Shown: positions 11,869-25,301, counted from the first letter of the stretch. The stretch is 64,000 bases of DNA from Felis catus (GCF_018350175.1 NC_058368.1:107138001-107202000); one strand, 5' to 3'. Made by a program: numbers and translations. Notes: generated by a model not told the origin, from the letters alone.

Positions 11869-12294
11869 ATTAGTAGCTCCATTTTTTATTTTCAGAGGAA
11901 CTTCCATCCTTTTCTCAGTAGTGGCTGCATCAGTTTACCTTTCCACCTCCAGTGCACAAGGATTCGCTTTTCTCTGCACCCTCACTAATACTATATGTAG
12001 TCATTCTGATAACAGTCATTCTAACAAAATCACATCTCAATGGAGTTTCCCTGAGGATTAATGATGGGGAACACCTTTTCAGGTACCTGCTGTCCGTTTG
12101 ACTATCTTCTTTGGAAATGTTACCTACTCAGTTCACTTGCCCAGTTTTTTTGTTGGATTCTTCATTTTTCACTATTGAGTTCTATGAATCCCTTATGTAT
12201 TTCAGATACTAACCCCTTATCACATATGTGGCTTGCAACTATTTTCAGTTCCATAGGTTGCCTTTTCCTTTTGTTTATGGTTTCCCTTGTTTTC

Positions 12295-12832
12295 CAGAAT
12301 TAACCGTATTAAAATATCTATACTACCAAAAGCCATCTATGGATATGATGCAGTTTCTATAAAGATTCTGGTAGCATTTTTTTTCAGAAGTGGAAGAAAC
12401 ATCACAAAATTTATATGGAACCACAAAAGACCCCAAATAGCCAAAACAGTTCTGAGAAAGAACAGAGTAGGAAGCATCATACCTCCTGATTTCAAGCTAT
12501 ACTACAGAGCTGCAGTCACCAAAACAGGATGGTACTGGCACACAAATAGACACAAAGGCCAATGGAGCAGAATGGAAAGCTCAGAAATAAACCCATGCGT
12601 AAACGGTCAACTCATATTTTACAAGAGAGCCAAGAAGACTCGTTGGAGAAATGACAGTCTCTTCAATAAACAGGGTAAGTTGGATAGTCGCATGCAAAAG
12701 AATGAAACTAGACCCATATCTTACGCCACTCATGAAAATTAACTCGAAATGGAATAAAGACTTAAATATAAGACCTGAAATTAGAGGAAAACGCTGAAAG
12801 CACAAGCAATAAAAAGCAAAGATAAACAGATG
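12295..12832 (+). mobile_element. L1 ORF2 segment, the inverted 5' part of the adjacent minus-strand L1
   Basis: Translation [15 protein letters not shown]...[13 protein letters not shown]...[19 protein letters not shown] is L1 ORF2. Confidence 0.9.
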
Positions 12833-14010
12833 CTATCCTTTTTAAATGTAAAGTCGATTTGCTCATTGCTTAAAAAGCATATTCCTGGTTAAGCTGCCAA
12901 AAGATTGCTGAGAAGGAGTCCGTTGCTCTTGATGCCCTCATCCCCTTCTTGCAAGGAAGATACAGGAAGCGGAGTTAAGTTGCACCCTGAGGGCACAGGC
13001 TGCTACATTTGGTAAAAGAAAAAGAAAAAGACGCATTGGGAACGTTATTTGTAAAACATAAAACAGCAAGACTCACTTTCTTCAAACAAACAAGATTTTA
13101 AGTCAACAGGAAAGGCATTGGGGATGTCTGCATTTTCATTGGCCAAGCAGATCTACTTCTTTGACATTGTATGTAATGAAACCTTAATAGTGACTCCTTT
13201 TCATGAAGGTGGTGCAGAAGGGGCCTTTCCTTTTCACTTCAGAACTTCCCATTCTGTTTAAATTCTTTATTAGGAATACGATTTACTCTCTTTTAATATT
13301 CAAAGCTTTTTAAATGAAGGGGGAAATGCTGTTTTGTCTTAAGTGCCCAGCATAGTGCTGGGTTTATAATAGACAGCAGTAGTATTTCAGAGCCTAACCT
13401 GCTACAAGAGATAACCGTCCTCTCAGGGTTTTAGAAGTGAAGTTCCTTGAATCCTGCTTTCATTTAAAAGCAGTCATCTGATCATGTATAGAGAAAAGAA
13501 TGTAGATTGTTTTGTAGTCCAGGGGTCGTTAGTATTGGTAATGAGATATTTATTTTTAGAATCACTTATCCTCTCGACCCTTAATTTCTGTTGCTCTTTG
13601 ACTGTTTAAAAAATGGCTGTGAGAGGATATTAAGTGAGGTAAATGTTATTAACCTGAACTTGATCTTTCATTAGCCCCTGTGATATGTAGTGCTACTGAA
13701 GTCAGAAGACACCTGTTTTAGGAGGTTAATTTCTGCCACGGAGGGAGTTGCTGAAATTTACATTTGCTTTGTATTTAACTATCTGTAGGAAATGACTTTA
13801 GATACTTCTGCCCAGGAAAAGGGCAGAGTATTAATACTGTGTAATTATCTTTTTCTTCCTATCCTCAGAATATTTGTCCAGGAAAAGGATTCAGTGCTAG
13901 TGAAAAAAGCACCTCTTTGTGTTTAGCTCTTTGGAAAGTTATAAGGTAGTATAGTTCTATTACCTTCTAGTAATAAAAACAACCAAGTATTATTAAACTT
14001 GAAAATACTT

Positions 14011-14105
14011 CTTTTTTTTTCTTAAGTAGGCTTCATGCCCATCACCCAGTGCCCAACACCCAGTGTCCAACTGGGTCTTAATCAACTGAGCCACGTAGGG
14101 GCCCC
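14011..14105 (-). mobile_element. Short rearranged old Can-SINE
   Basis: taagtaggcttcatgccca...caactgagccacgtagggggcccc-like ends; TSD acttgaaaatactt at 13997-14010 and 14110-14123. Confidence 0.75.
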
Positions 14106-14149
14106 AAATACTTGAAAATACTTTTTAACCCACAGGAATACTATGCTAT

Positions 14150-14679
14150 TGTAGGGAAGGAAAAATTCTTCCCCTACCCTTCCAGGTCTTTCAGCTGGAC
14201 TAAGAACTAAACTTATATAAGACTGGTTAACAGGCACAGAGGCCAATATTTAAATTGAGGTCTAAGTAAATGGCCAAGGCCGGCAGCTTTTATACATTTT
14301 AGACAAAGAGACAATAAATTTGTGAGGAGTTGAGAGGATAAAGAAAACAGGTGTTTGGGAGCTTTAATTAGCAGGGAATCCTGAGCAGAATTTAGGCTGA
14401 GGTACTAGGTGAAAACAAACAAACAAACAAACAAAAACACTAGTAATGAAGTTTGTCTCTACTGCTTTTTCTGCTTTAAAGTCCTTATCTCTGGTGATTA
14501 GGATATCTTTTTACTTCTTAGTATAGGGAGGGCTTGTTTCATATGGGACATTTGTTTCCTACTTTCAGGGCAACAGAGGAGGGTCTGAGTGTCTTGCAGT
14601 GGCTGTTTCTTGCATAACTTTAAAATAATCAATACTCCAATGTGGCACATTTTAGGGCAGCCTGCCCGTGGTCCCTACA
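14150..14679 (-). mobile_element. ERV1-class (MER34-related) solo LTR, copy 2
   Basis: 8-bp terminal inverted repeat tgtaggga/tccctaca; 4-bp TSD ctat at 14146-14149 and 14680-14683; minus-strand TATA-like gtataaaa near 14290. Confidence 0.88.
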
Positions 14680-16789
14680 CTATTCTTAGTCATAATTATG
14701 ACCAAAAAGAAAAAAAAAGGTCTGATAAACTTCCTCTTATATATGACAATGAAGTAATATACAGATTTGCATGCAGAGGTTTGCACCCTGCATACAGAGC
14801 TTCGGAAAGACTGAAGTACATCAAAGCCTTAGGGATGCTGTGAGGCAGCTAATTCTTTTGTAGGGACTCTCTCTCTACCTTCTTCTCCATAGAGCACTAT
14901 TTGACCATTTTCATCTTTTATTCCTTTGCCAAATAATTAATTCCCCCTACATCTGCAAGAGAAGACAATGGGTGTGCTGCAGGCTGGATAGGGAATGTTT
15001 CTCTGCAGCGCACTAAACAATATGTGCACCATTATTGTGGGTGAGAGTGAATGCTGGGTTTTAGTAGCCCTGGAACAGAAGTCCTTAGGAAGGAGGAGAA
15101 GCAAGCATTGTTAACTAGATTATGCTTACTTCCCAGTCTATTTTCCCATCTATTATGCTTAAATATACTTCTAGTTATCAAAAGGAAAAGACACAGAAGC
15201 ACTGCTAAAAGAAATGCTGAAATGTAGATTCTGCAACATAATGGTTCCTAAAAATTATTAGAGACAGAGAAAAAAATTGAAAAATTTGGAGATTAGAGTT
15301 AAAAAATTTTCAAAACGCTTGTCTGATATAACTGTCTCTAATTAAAGATTCACCAAGAAAAAGATGGCAAATGTGTAGCAGATTACCTTTGTAGGACCTT
15401 ACAATTTTTTAGAGCATCTACTAGGATACAGTTCCAGCAGCAGCCAATGTCACAGAATAAAAACAAATGATAGATTGGTATGTGTGTATGGCAGGGGGGA
15501 GGGGTGGAGAGGAGTGACAGCTCTGTAATTATTTCATAATATTCATGAGGTTATGTTATTGAGTGTTAAACATTTTACAAGATTGTTTCATATTTATTGT
15601 CTGGGTTCTAGAATTTTTCTCCTTAGTATAAACACTTTTTAATCCTAAATAGCAGCTGTGGCAAAAGGATTTATTCTTAAGAACAAATTTGTGGTTCCCT
15701 AATCTTTTTATGATACTTGATTTTCCAGGGTTCCCATTTGAAAGATCCTAGATATTAGTTTTAAATTGTTCAGTTTCACATCAACGCCGTAGTTTTAGGG
15801 AGGTTGGTAATGGTGAAACCAGTCCGTCTCTTCTTTGTGGAAAGTGAAGTTGTCTGTAAACATTTTGAACTATAGACCAGGGTTTTGTGCTCTCTTGACC
15901 ACATCACTGATTGTGAAGCATCTGGGTCCTTGGAAGCCCTGACCACCTGAGCTTTAATCAGAGCCTTTAGTGTCTTTCCATTAAATCTGAGTTAAAGCCG
16001 CTTTCAAAATAAATTCAGTTTCAACACTAATCAGTGACCATTTTCATGGAAACATTGAATCATTGTCTTGCATTTCGAGTATAACGTGTGAAATCAAGTC
16101 GTAGGGAACGCTTTCTTTGTCCAGCTATCAGCAGTACATTGTCATCAGGCTTCCAGAGTACCAATTTCCATATTGTGTGACAAAGTATTCACTCTAAAAT
16201 GTACTCCCCCAAATTGTTCAGACATGTAATAATGTGAATTTGAGGCTGTGAAAAGGTTTGAACTGTCAAAACTGCCTTTCTTTGACCGTATTTAATTTCG
16301 AAGTGGTGGGGAAGTCTCAAATCAGCAGGACATTTACTCAAATGTTCTGTGATAAATCCTCTATGGCTCTAGTGTTTTTTTTAATATTCTGTCATGGAAA
16401 GCTGTAAATCATAATATGCTACCATAATGATGGAAATTAGGAAGACAAACTATTTGAAACTTCATGGGCCTTCAAAATGAGCAAATGGTTAGGTTTCAGA
16501 GAAACTGATTCTACGTCAAGTACCTAAATGAATAGTTGTCAACCTAAGCTGACATTAGTTCTTGAAGAAAGTGAAAAAGTGGTTCTTTCAGTATTCTTCC
16601 TGAACACTTTCAGTGTGCACTGCATACAGATCACTTTGAGGCGCCACCTATATAATTAAATACACAAAGTGGTCTATTTATTTTCAGAAGAGAAAATAGT
16701 ATTGATTAATCTCAAACAGAAATATTGGCTATTTCTTGAATGGCAGAAAATCAGTGCTGATTAACAGATATGACAACTAATGAAGATTT

Positions 16790-17211
16790 TAACTGTCTGA
16801 GCTGTTGCAATGGAGTTGAGATCCCCACCTGTACCATCATCGAGCCAGGCAGCAAGCTCCTCTAAGTGTTGACTGCCAACAGGTCAAGCTGTCTTTTTTC
16901 TCTCGAGAACTGCATGTGGCATAACAAGAGTTGTCTTACGCCTCTCAGAGGTTATGCTTCCTTCCTGACCCAAGGACTGACTGACATCCGGATATAGAAG
17001 GTGGCCCCTTTGCTTCAAGGTGGAATGCACTCTGCTGTGCAATGGCACCCATTGCTGCCCAAGCAGTCAGGCTGGAGCTAGACTCCAGGTAGACCACACC
17101 AAGCTTAGGTCCTTCTGCTGTAAACGCTTCTCTTACTTCCTTTTCCCCAAGAGCGCTCCCCTCATAAGGCATGTGCACCTGAACCTGCCTCTAGGCAATA
17201 AAACTGAAGAC
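16790..17211 (+). mobile_element. LTR16-like ERVL solo LTR
   Basis: tgactgccaacag, ccaaggactgactgac, ggcccctttgcttcaaggtgg, ccccaagagcgctccc, ending aagaca. Confidence 0.6.
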
Positions 17212-18667
17212 AAAGGTGAATGCTGCATTTATTCACCTACACTATCACGTTGCTAGTATCAAATGGAAGAGACACCAGATGTGAACAAAAAGCCATCCGC
17301 CACTTAGCTCTAATCATCATACTAAACTGACAGAATAATAAAAATGAGTGTTTTCTCAAAAAGTGTATCCTAATTCTGTAAAGATGAGGCTCAATGAAAA
17401 AGGCACAAATAGTGGCTTTAAAATACAGGCGTGTGGGTCATTTAATTTTCTTTTTCTGTCGTCTTTTAATTTGAAAGCCATGAAGTTATATTTTAATATA
17501 GGTGAAGATAAACAGTGCATTGATGGAAATTAAATGCATGGTGATTGCATTATAAATTTTAAGAAATGTAAAAAATTTTAATACATCTTTTAAGGATGCC
17601 TGGGTCTTTATAAATTGGGAAGAGCACAGAAAGGGTAACAGTGGTAGAAATGATAAAAAAAAAAACTTCCTATGAAATTTTAAGGAAGCTTGAAATTAAG
17701 ATTCAAGAATATCTTTTGTTACCAGATATCATTTCTACTGTCTAGATTTTAATTTGCATGTAAATTTATTGTAGCATAGCATCTAACTAATATGCATTTC
17801 CCCCAAGACAGTAATTATTCAGGCAAATCTTTAATTAGATCAAGGCAAAATAAATATTCTTACACTCTAATTTTGAATTATTTGCACCTCCTATTAGAAT
17901 TTTAAAATGATAAATTCTCATTGTGGTATCAGTTCTGTCTACTGTTTGTAACAAACATAGCTCATCACTTTGATCAGCACCCTGAATATATGAAACAGCG
18001 TTTCAGTGCTTACCTGTTTTGGGTTAAGATATATAGTGTTGATGTCCTAAGTTTGATAAAGATACTTTTTAAGATTTTGTTCGTAATTTTTAAAATGATG
18101 ATGCTTTACAGATATAGTTAATCATTTGCTTCCCCTGTAGGGTAATATATAACCATTACAGTTAGCAGGATAGAGTTAATAAGGGACAAAGGGGGGCATT
18201 GCTGTCTTTAATTTTCCTCCCTCTTCATATACCCAATAAACATTAATATATTACTTTGTTCCTAGGGTGTAGCACCCTGGAGGAGTTTCTGCTTGTTTTA
18301 ATGGGATATATTATATAACCCTCATTAGTAGAAATACAAAAATGTACTCAGAAAAGGAGTTTGATTTTCTGGTTCCTCAGCAGGCTCACGATAGTAACTT
18401 ACAGAATTCTACCTCAGGAAATGACACAACCAGCTTTGATTATAGGGAGTCAAATAGCTGGCCTCAGGTAGTTATCCTAAAACGTGAAACTTATGTAGAA
18501 ATACTGCTGACCCAGTGAGCAGACTGAGATGTTTTCCTTAATGTTGATACAAAATCTTGTTATAGAAACTTTATGTTAATAAGCAGGCCTTCTTCATTCA
18601 ACACTGCCTCCACTAACTGGGTCAGAAATGCAAAAATCTCCCTTTTTAAAAGATTATTTGGGGGAGA

Positions 18668-18900
18668 GGTGCGCCTGGGTGGCTCAGTCAGTTGAGCATC
18701 CCGACTTTGGCTCAGGTCATGATCTCGTGGTTTGTGGGTTTGAGCCCTGTGTTGGCCTCTGTGCAGACAGCTCAGAGCCTGGAGCCTGCTTTGCATTTTG
18801 TGTCTCCCTCTCTCTCTCTCTCTGCCCCTCCCCAGCTTGCTCTTTCTCTCTCTCTAGAGCTCTCTCTCTCTCTCAGAAATAAACATTAAAAAAATTTTTT
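18668..18900 (+). mobile_element. Can-SINE
   Basis: Full-length motifs with (CT)n and aataaacattaaaaaa. Confidence 0.93.
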
Positions 18901-19664
18901 TAAAGATTGCTTTTTGTTGTTTTTTATGCTTTGTTTTGTTTCCTGTGCTGAAAGGGAACTTTACTGTTAAATGTTCAGATTCTGTGAAATGTTCAAATAG
19001 GCTTATCCTACAATTTATAATACCAGGTGGGTGATTCATCAGAACTTTTCCCAAAGATACATTTTGACAAAGGCATAGAGATCAGAAGGAGAGTTTTGAA
19101 TGGATTCAGATGTCCAAAGAATTGAGGAGCTAGGAATTGGAGGTAGGCAGCAATTTACTTGAGATATTTCCCTGATATCACAATCTTACCTACATAGGTC
19201 TGTTTGCATTTTCTGTTTTGGCAGACAGGTTTAAGGCACACACTCCCTCCAAATCCATCTTCAGTGGAGGGCAGTGACAGCACAAGTATCATTTGCTGTA
19301 CCACTCCACAGTGTTTTGCCTTCTAACGTGGAATTAAGTCACATATAATGCTGGTTATCTGTTTATGGCATTTGATTTCATGAAGCAGAAGTAGTTGGAG
19401 ATATCTTTGGAAAACCACCTGATGTATGTACAAATTTTACGATGTTTATGGTTGTGCTCAAAATCTTGGAAACAGATCAGCCTTTAAAACTTAACTTGGA
19501 GAAAAATATTGGCTTCTGCATTTAGTTACCATTTAATTCTAGATTCAAGAGCAGAGTATTTTTATGTTAAAAAAACATTTCACCATGCATGGCTTCTTTT
19601 TTCAGTTTTGGGCTTTGGATATACCTTAAATCAGAACTTGGAACATGAATTTGGTGATCTCATA

Positions 19665-21614
19665 CTTCATTCATTTTGCTCATTAAGCAAATATTTATTG
19701 AGCACCTACTCTGTGCTCTTCACCCTGCTGAGTGCTGGGATCATTGAGGTTAACAGGAGAGCAGATCCCTGCTTTTGTGAAACTAACGACCTGTTAGAGG
19801 AGTCAAATAAACCAGAAAGCAAACAAGATAAATGTGAATCTTAAAAATGCATTGAAGAGCGTTAAATAGGTGATGGGACAGAAAGTAATAGGAAGAAGCT
19901 ACTTGAAGCGAGCTGCTGAGTGAGGAACCTGCCATAGCTAGGTGTGATAGCTGGAGTTGAGGCAAGGCAAGAAGGCCAGGTCACCAGGGCATACCAGGCA
20001 AAGGTGAGACTGTGGAGCATGAGGCCAGACGGGTAGGCAGGGCCCACATCTCACAAGGTATTGTAGACAGTTGTGAAGGTTTCATTGTCAGAAGAGTGGA
20101 AAGTCATTTAGAATTTTTTAAGCATGGCAGCATTGTATTCTAATTAGTGTTTTTATGAGACTCTCCGGCTCTGTCTGGAAAATTATGATGGGGGAACAAG
20201 AGTGGAAGCAGGGGAGATTAGTTAGGCTGCTGAGATGCATGCAGATGAATGTGGTGACAGTGGCAATAGATGAATATTGATGGCTTAGTGATACTTTTGG
20301 AGACAAAACCAGTGGGACTTGCTAAATTAGAAAGAAAGATGAAACAAATTAAGGATTTCTTTCTTTTTTTTAAAAGAAAAACTGCGTTTATGGTGGTGTC
20401 ATTTATTGAGGAGGTGGAGGCTGGAGAGAGGTTGGACTGGGGGGCAGTATCAAGGCGTGAATCAAAACTCGGATTTGGCCATGCTGAGGTTGCAATTCAT
20501 GGTAGATATCAGTATGGAGATGTTACATGCACGACTGGCTGGAGACTATAGCTTAAAGAATAGATCTGAGTTGGAAAGATATAAACTAAAATATATGTGT
20601 ATATAGATGTACATGGGTAGAGTGTATATAGATGGCAATTAAAGGCCTGGGATCAGTTAAGGTTACTTAAAGAAGACAGCACAGAGGGGGAAAGTGTGAA
20701 AGGTCCAGGAAAACTTCTGGAGACCTTCCATCATTTGGAGGTCAAGTAGAGGAGAAAGAACAAGGAAATGATACCAAGGAGTTGCTAATAGTGCCGGATA
20801 AAAACCAGCAAGTGCAGTACCATGGAGAGCAACAGACTAGACTGTTTCAAGAAAGGGGGGAAGGAGGTCAGCTGTGTCCGCTGTGGCTAGAAGGTGAAGC
20901 GAGAGACAATGTGACTGAGGTTAGCAGCATGGGTTTTTGGAGGTGACCTTGATGAGAAGTTTCAGAGAGCATGGTAGACCGACATCAGATTGGAGTGTCC
21001 TGAGGCATGATTAGTAGGAGAAAAAAGGGACAGAAAGAAAGTTAAGTCAAACTTTGCTTGGAAGCAGGGAGAAGAAAAATAGATACTGGAGAGAATATGA
21101 GGTCAAAGGAGATACATATTTTTTTAAGAAATAAAATTCTTAGCCATGTTTTTGCATACTGATTAGGTGACCTAATAGAAAGGAAAAATTCATGGTACAA
21201 GGTGAAGATATTATTTTATAAGAACAAAATCCTAGAGGAAACAAGGGAAGATGGATCTAGAGCCCAACTGGAAAAATTGGCCGTTAGTAAAAGAAGAAAA
21301 CTCCTCCTCCATAGTGACGAGAGGGAAGGCACAGAAGATGGGCACACATACAAGCAGATTTATTAATTCACTGATAGGAAAATGGAGTATCCTCACCTGA
21401 TAGCTTCTGTGCTCTCAGTAAAATAAAAGGTATAATCTGGGACACTTGGCTGGCTCAGTTAGTTAAACATCCGGCTCTTGATTTAGGCTCAGGCCATGAT
21501 CTCATGGTCATGAGATTGAGCCCCACATCTAGCCCTGCCTCAGGCTCCATACTTAGCGTGGAGCCTGCCTAAAATTCTTACTCTCTTTTCCTCCCCCACT
21601 CACGTGTACACATA

Positions 21615-21669
<55 letters not shown>

Positions 21670-22440
21670 AAAATAATAATGAAAGTATAATCACTGAGTA
21701 AGAATGAGTAGGAGCAGGAACTAGGACGGTTTAGAGAATAAAACGTGTTAAATAATAATTTTTAAGAGTAGAAAATTGAGTTTATTAGGAAACCTAAAAG
21801 AATGTTCTGGCAATTCTGAGTGCTGTGTGATGTTTGTTGTTGTGAATCGAATGTGGTACCATTGTGTGATTTCTTCCAGCAGCGTTAGATGCTCGAATAC
21901 AGATGCAGATAATGACAGAAAACTTTGTTGAAACTAGGTCAGGATTTTTCTGGGTGGCCAAGACATTGGAAATATTTATGAGGCAGTGACTATAATGATG
22001 GACCATGGAATTAAAGCCATGTAAGGAAATAAATGAATCTCAGAGGATGGTAATAGGCAGTGAAAATGTGGAAGGGTCAGTGAAAATCATTATGAGGTAG
22101 TAGAACTTTAAAATTATATATTTGAGTAAATGAAAAGTTTAGAAGGGTGTAGTCAGAGTAAGATGCCTATATGCCAGATGGAGGAAGTGGCATATTTCCA
22201 GATGAAAACCAGAACTGGGACGTTACTATGAGAGTGGAGGCTGAGAAGCGGAATAGAAAAAGATTATTGGGTGATGAAATCAAGGCATTAAGACATCTGA
22301 GTGTTGGATGGATATTCACATGTTGATGTCACTCAGAAGGGTGGCAGAGAAGAAGATACCTGTGTTGTCAATGCATGACCCACCTTTGATAAATGACACT
22401 GGTGAGAAGGTATAATGGGTGACATATTTGGGTGGCATTA
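19665..22440 (-). mobile_element. Long L2 relic
   Basis: 3' terminus cattcatt...gcaaatatttattgagcacctactctgtgc followed by collinear purine-rich L2 motifs; right boundary uncertain. Confidence 0.7.
21438..21682 (+). mobile_element. Older Can-SINE with long (CT)n tract
   Basis: ggctggctcagtt head; near-TSD aaggtataatc / aaagtataatc. Confidence 0.88.
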
Positions 22441-22544
22441 GGAATTAGGGATTTTAGTGGGGCTCGCTAAATTACAAGTGGGGAAGCAAAACACTCATTA
22501 ACACTTCCTGGCCCTGAGACAGGTAGAATATAAAAAGAAAATAA

Positions 22545-22948
22545 AAAAAGCATTCACTAGGATGGCTAAAATAAAAAAGATGAGAAATAAGTGTAGGCGA
22601 ATATGTGGGGAAAAAAGGAACTGTCGTGCATTGTTGGTGGGAACGTAAATTGGTACTACCATTATGAAAAATGCCATGAAACTTCCTCAAAAAATTAAAA
22701 ATAGAAATATCATAAGACCCCATAATTCCACTAGTAGGTATTTATCCAAAGAAAACAAAAACAATGATTCCAAAAGATACATGGTACATTTATTTACAGT
22801 AGCCAAGATATGGATAAGATATGAAACCCAAAGTATTCATTGATAGATGAACAGATAAAGATTGATCTCTCTCTCTCTGTCTCTCTCTCTCTGTCTCTCT
22901 CTCTCTGTCTCTCTCTCTCTCTGTCTCTCTCTCTCTCTGTCTCTCTCT

Positions 22949-23000
<52 letters not shown>

Positions 23001-23437
23001 TATTATGCAGTCATTATAAAGGATGAGATCTTACCATTTGTGGCAACATGGATGGACCTAGAGGGTGTTATGCTAGGTGAAATAACTTAGGGAAAGACAA
23101 ATACCATATGAATCCACTTATATGTGGAATCTAAAAAGTAAAACACGTGAATAAACAAAAAGCAAAATCAGACCTGTAAATACAGAGCAATCTGATGGTT
23201 GCTAGAGGAGGGAGTGTGGAGAAGATGGGGAAAATGGGTGAAGGGAGTGGAAGATTCAGACTTCAGGTTATGGAATGAATAAATTATGGGAGTGAAGGGC
23301 ACAGCGTAGGAAATACAATCATTGGTATTGTAAAAGTGTTGTATGTAAATTTGTGGTGAGCATAACATAGAGACACATTGAATCGCTATTTTGTACACCT
23401 GAAACTAATATAACTTTGTGTTTGGCCATACTCAAAG
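22545..23437 (+). mobile_element. Older L1 3' end (L1MA/L1_Carn-like)
   Basis: actaggatggct...ttgttggtgggaacgtaaattgg...ggcaacatggatggacctagagg...tgtacacctgaaactaatata. Confidence 0.88.
22866..22994. repeat. Compound microsatellite (TC with periodic G)n-(CA)n-(GA)n
   Basis: Seen directly. Confidence 0.95.
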
Positions 23438-25075
23438 GAATTTTAAAGGCTTTTCTAGGGCAGGCTGGTTAACATAAATGACAAAAACAATGTGCTCGGG
23501 GTACATTGCAATTTAGGTATAGCTAGGTGAATGAAATGTTAAAGAAGAGATTGAGGGTAGAGGAAAGTTTAGCGATCATGGGTACAGGGTTTTAAAGGGC
23601 ACATTGGAACATTGAGAAAAGAGTAGAGGAGTGGAGATTTAGCACATGTGCACAGGACAAACTATGCATTAAAGGTAGGGCAATAGGATCTGAGAGGTTT
23701 GCTTTTTGCTGGTGGCCCGGGATGTGGGGCAAGATGAAATTTGTCCTGAGAGCATCACTGTGGAAGGAAGACTAATCCGTTCTGTCTGTATCCCTGGAAA
23801 TTAATCTGCTGTGGAAGATTTGGTACCCTCCTTGAGAGTATATGGCGATGCCCTGGCTTTGGGATTGTTATTAGCGGTGAAGAATGTGGAAGCCTTATGC
23901 ACTCCTCTCTTAATTAGCTTCCTTCCGTCTGGATCCTGTGAAATCTGGTGAGTCATCTGAGACAGAAAATATGTCACTCTTATGTCAGCAAATATGAATA
24001 CCCTTTGCTCACTCAGAATGGATCAAGGTTCCCAACTCTGCCAAGGTATGCTTCGAACCTGATTGTTTATGGAAAATTCCCTGCACTCAATGGCAGGGCC
24101 AGCAGTAAAGGGAATGAACGCTCATGAATGTCTAGCCCTGCTGAGCTCTTGACCGTGCCTCATTTGTTACGACTTCCTCTCCTTTACTGCCCACTTTGTA
24201 AAAGTAACAGTCTCAACTCTACCAAGGCTGCTAAGGCTACAGAGTGGGAAACAACTGTTATAACTCATGTTATTATACTAATGTCTTTAAAATCACCTCA
24301 TCAAAGGGGAAAAAAAGTACTGGCCCAGGGAGGCCCCTTTATTATTATCACATTATATTTAAGTACAAATGACACTGCATTTGAAACTTAGATTTCTTGC
24401 ATCCTAATCTTGAAGATAGGGAAGCAATGTAGCATAGAAATGAAGGGGAACTATGTTATTTGTATCAAAATTTAAACTGGTTAAAAACTAAATGCCATTT
24501 GTGCTATGTATGCTACAGTAACTGGTTAAGGTTTGAAGAGATGGCTAGATGTTCATCTTGAAAGAAAAAAAAAACCTTGCTCATTATTAAGGTGCTTCCA
24601 AACTTGATATTTTTTACCATGACCTTAAGCTTGTAGGCTAATAGAGTTGATCTTGTGATTATCACAAATATCTGTTGAACAGCTAATTTGAGGGAAGCTG
24701 TTCCTACAGATACAATATTAAATATGACATGTATCTTGATTTGAATGAACTTACCATCTAAAAGATACAATCAGTTGGCAATTGTAACACTCTAACCACC
24801 TACAATGGAAGACCAGGGAACCTAATCTCAGGAGCAGGGTGTCGGGCAGACCTCACAAACAAATGGGAGATCTAAGCATCAATAAATAATCTTCAGAGGC
24901 CTCCATATGAAATCAGAATTTTAATTTTTGAATTCAGTATTAAACGGTCTAGAAATTCAGACTTTTTGTGACCTTTTAGGTGCCAGCTTACTTGTAAACA
25001 AGTTCAGCATATGTGCCTATTATCTGTTTGGAAGAAATTAGATTTTTAAAATTCATTATTAAATTAACTATAAGA

Positions 25076-25301
25076 GGGGCGCCTGGGTGGCTCAGTCGGT
25101 TGAGCGTCCGACTTCAGCTCAGGTCACAATCTCGCGGTCCGTGAGTTCGAGCCCCGTGTCGGGCTCTGGGCTGATGGCTTGGAGCCTGGAGCCGGCTTCC
25201 GATTCTGTGTATCCCTCTCTCTCTGCCCCTCCCCCGTTCATGCTCTGTCTCTCTCTCTCTCAAAAATAAATAAACGTAAAAAAATTTTTTTAATAAAAAA
25301 A
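25076..25301 (+). mobile_element. Young Can-SINE
   Basis: CpG-rich; TSD aactataaga at 25066-25075 and 25302-25311. Confidence 0.95.

Larger units (their letters stand above)
10190..12290 (-). mobile_element. Older L1 (L1MA/L1_Carn-like) 3' part, interrupted by an LTR and SINEs
   Basis: tttgtctttctctgtctgacttattttacttagc, caaatggcaggatttcctt, ggacacttaggttgtttccatgccttggct, gatactaaccccttatcacatatgtgg. Confidence 0.9.

Noticed and set aside
8507..12742. L1 ORF2 ORFs as functional genes
   Set aside because: They are 5'-truncated fragments with no promoter or RT domain; the 12.3 kb piece is degenerate.
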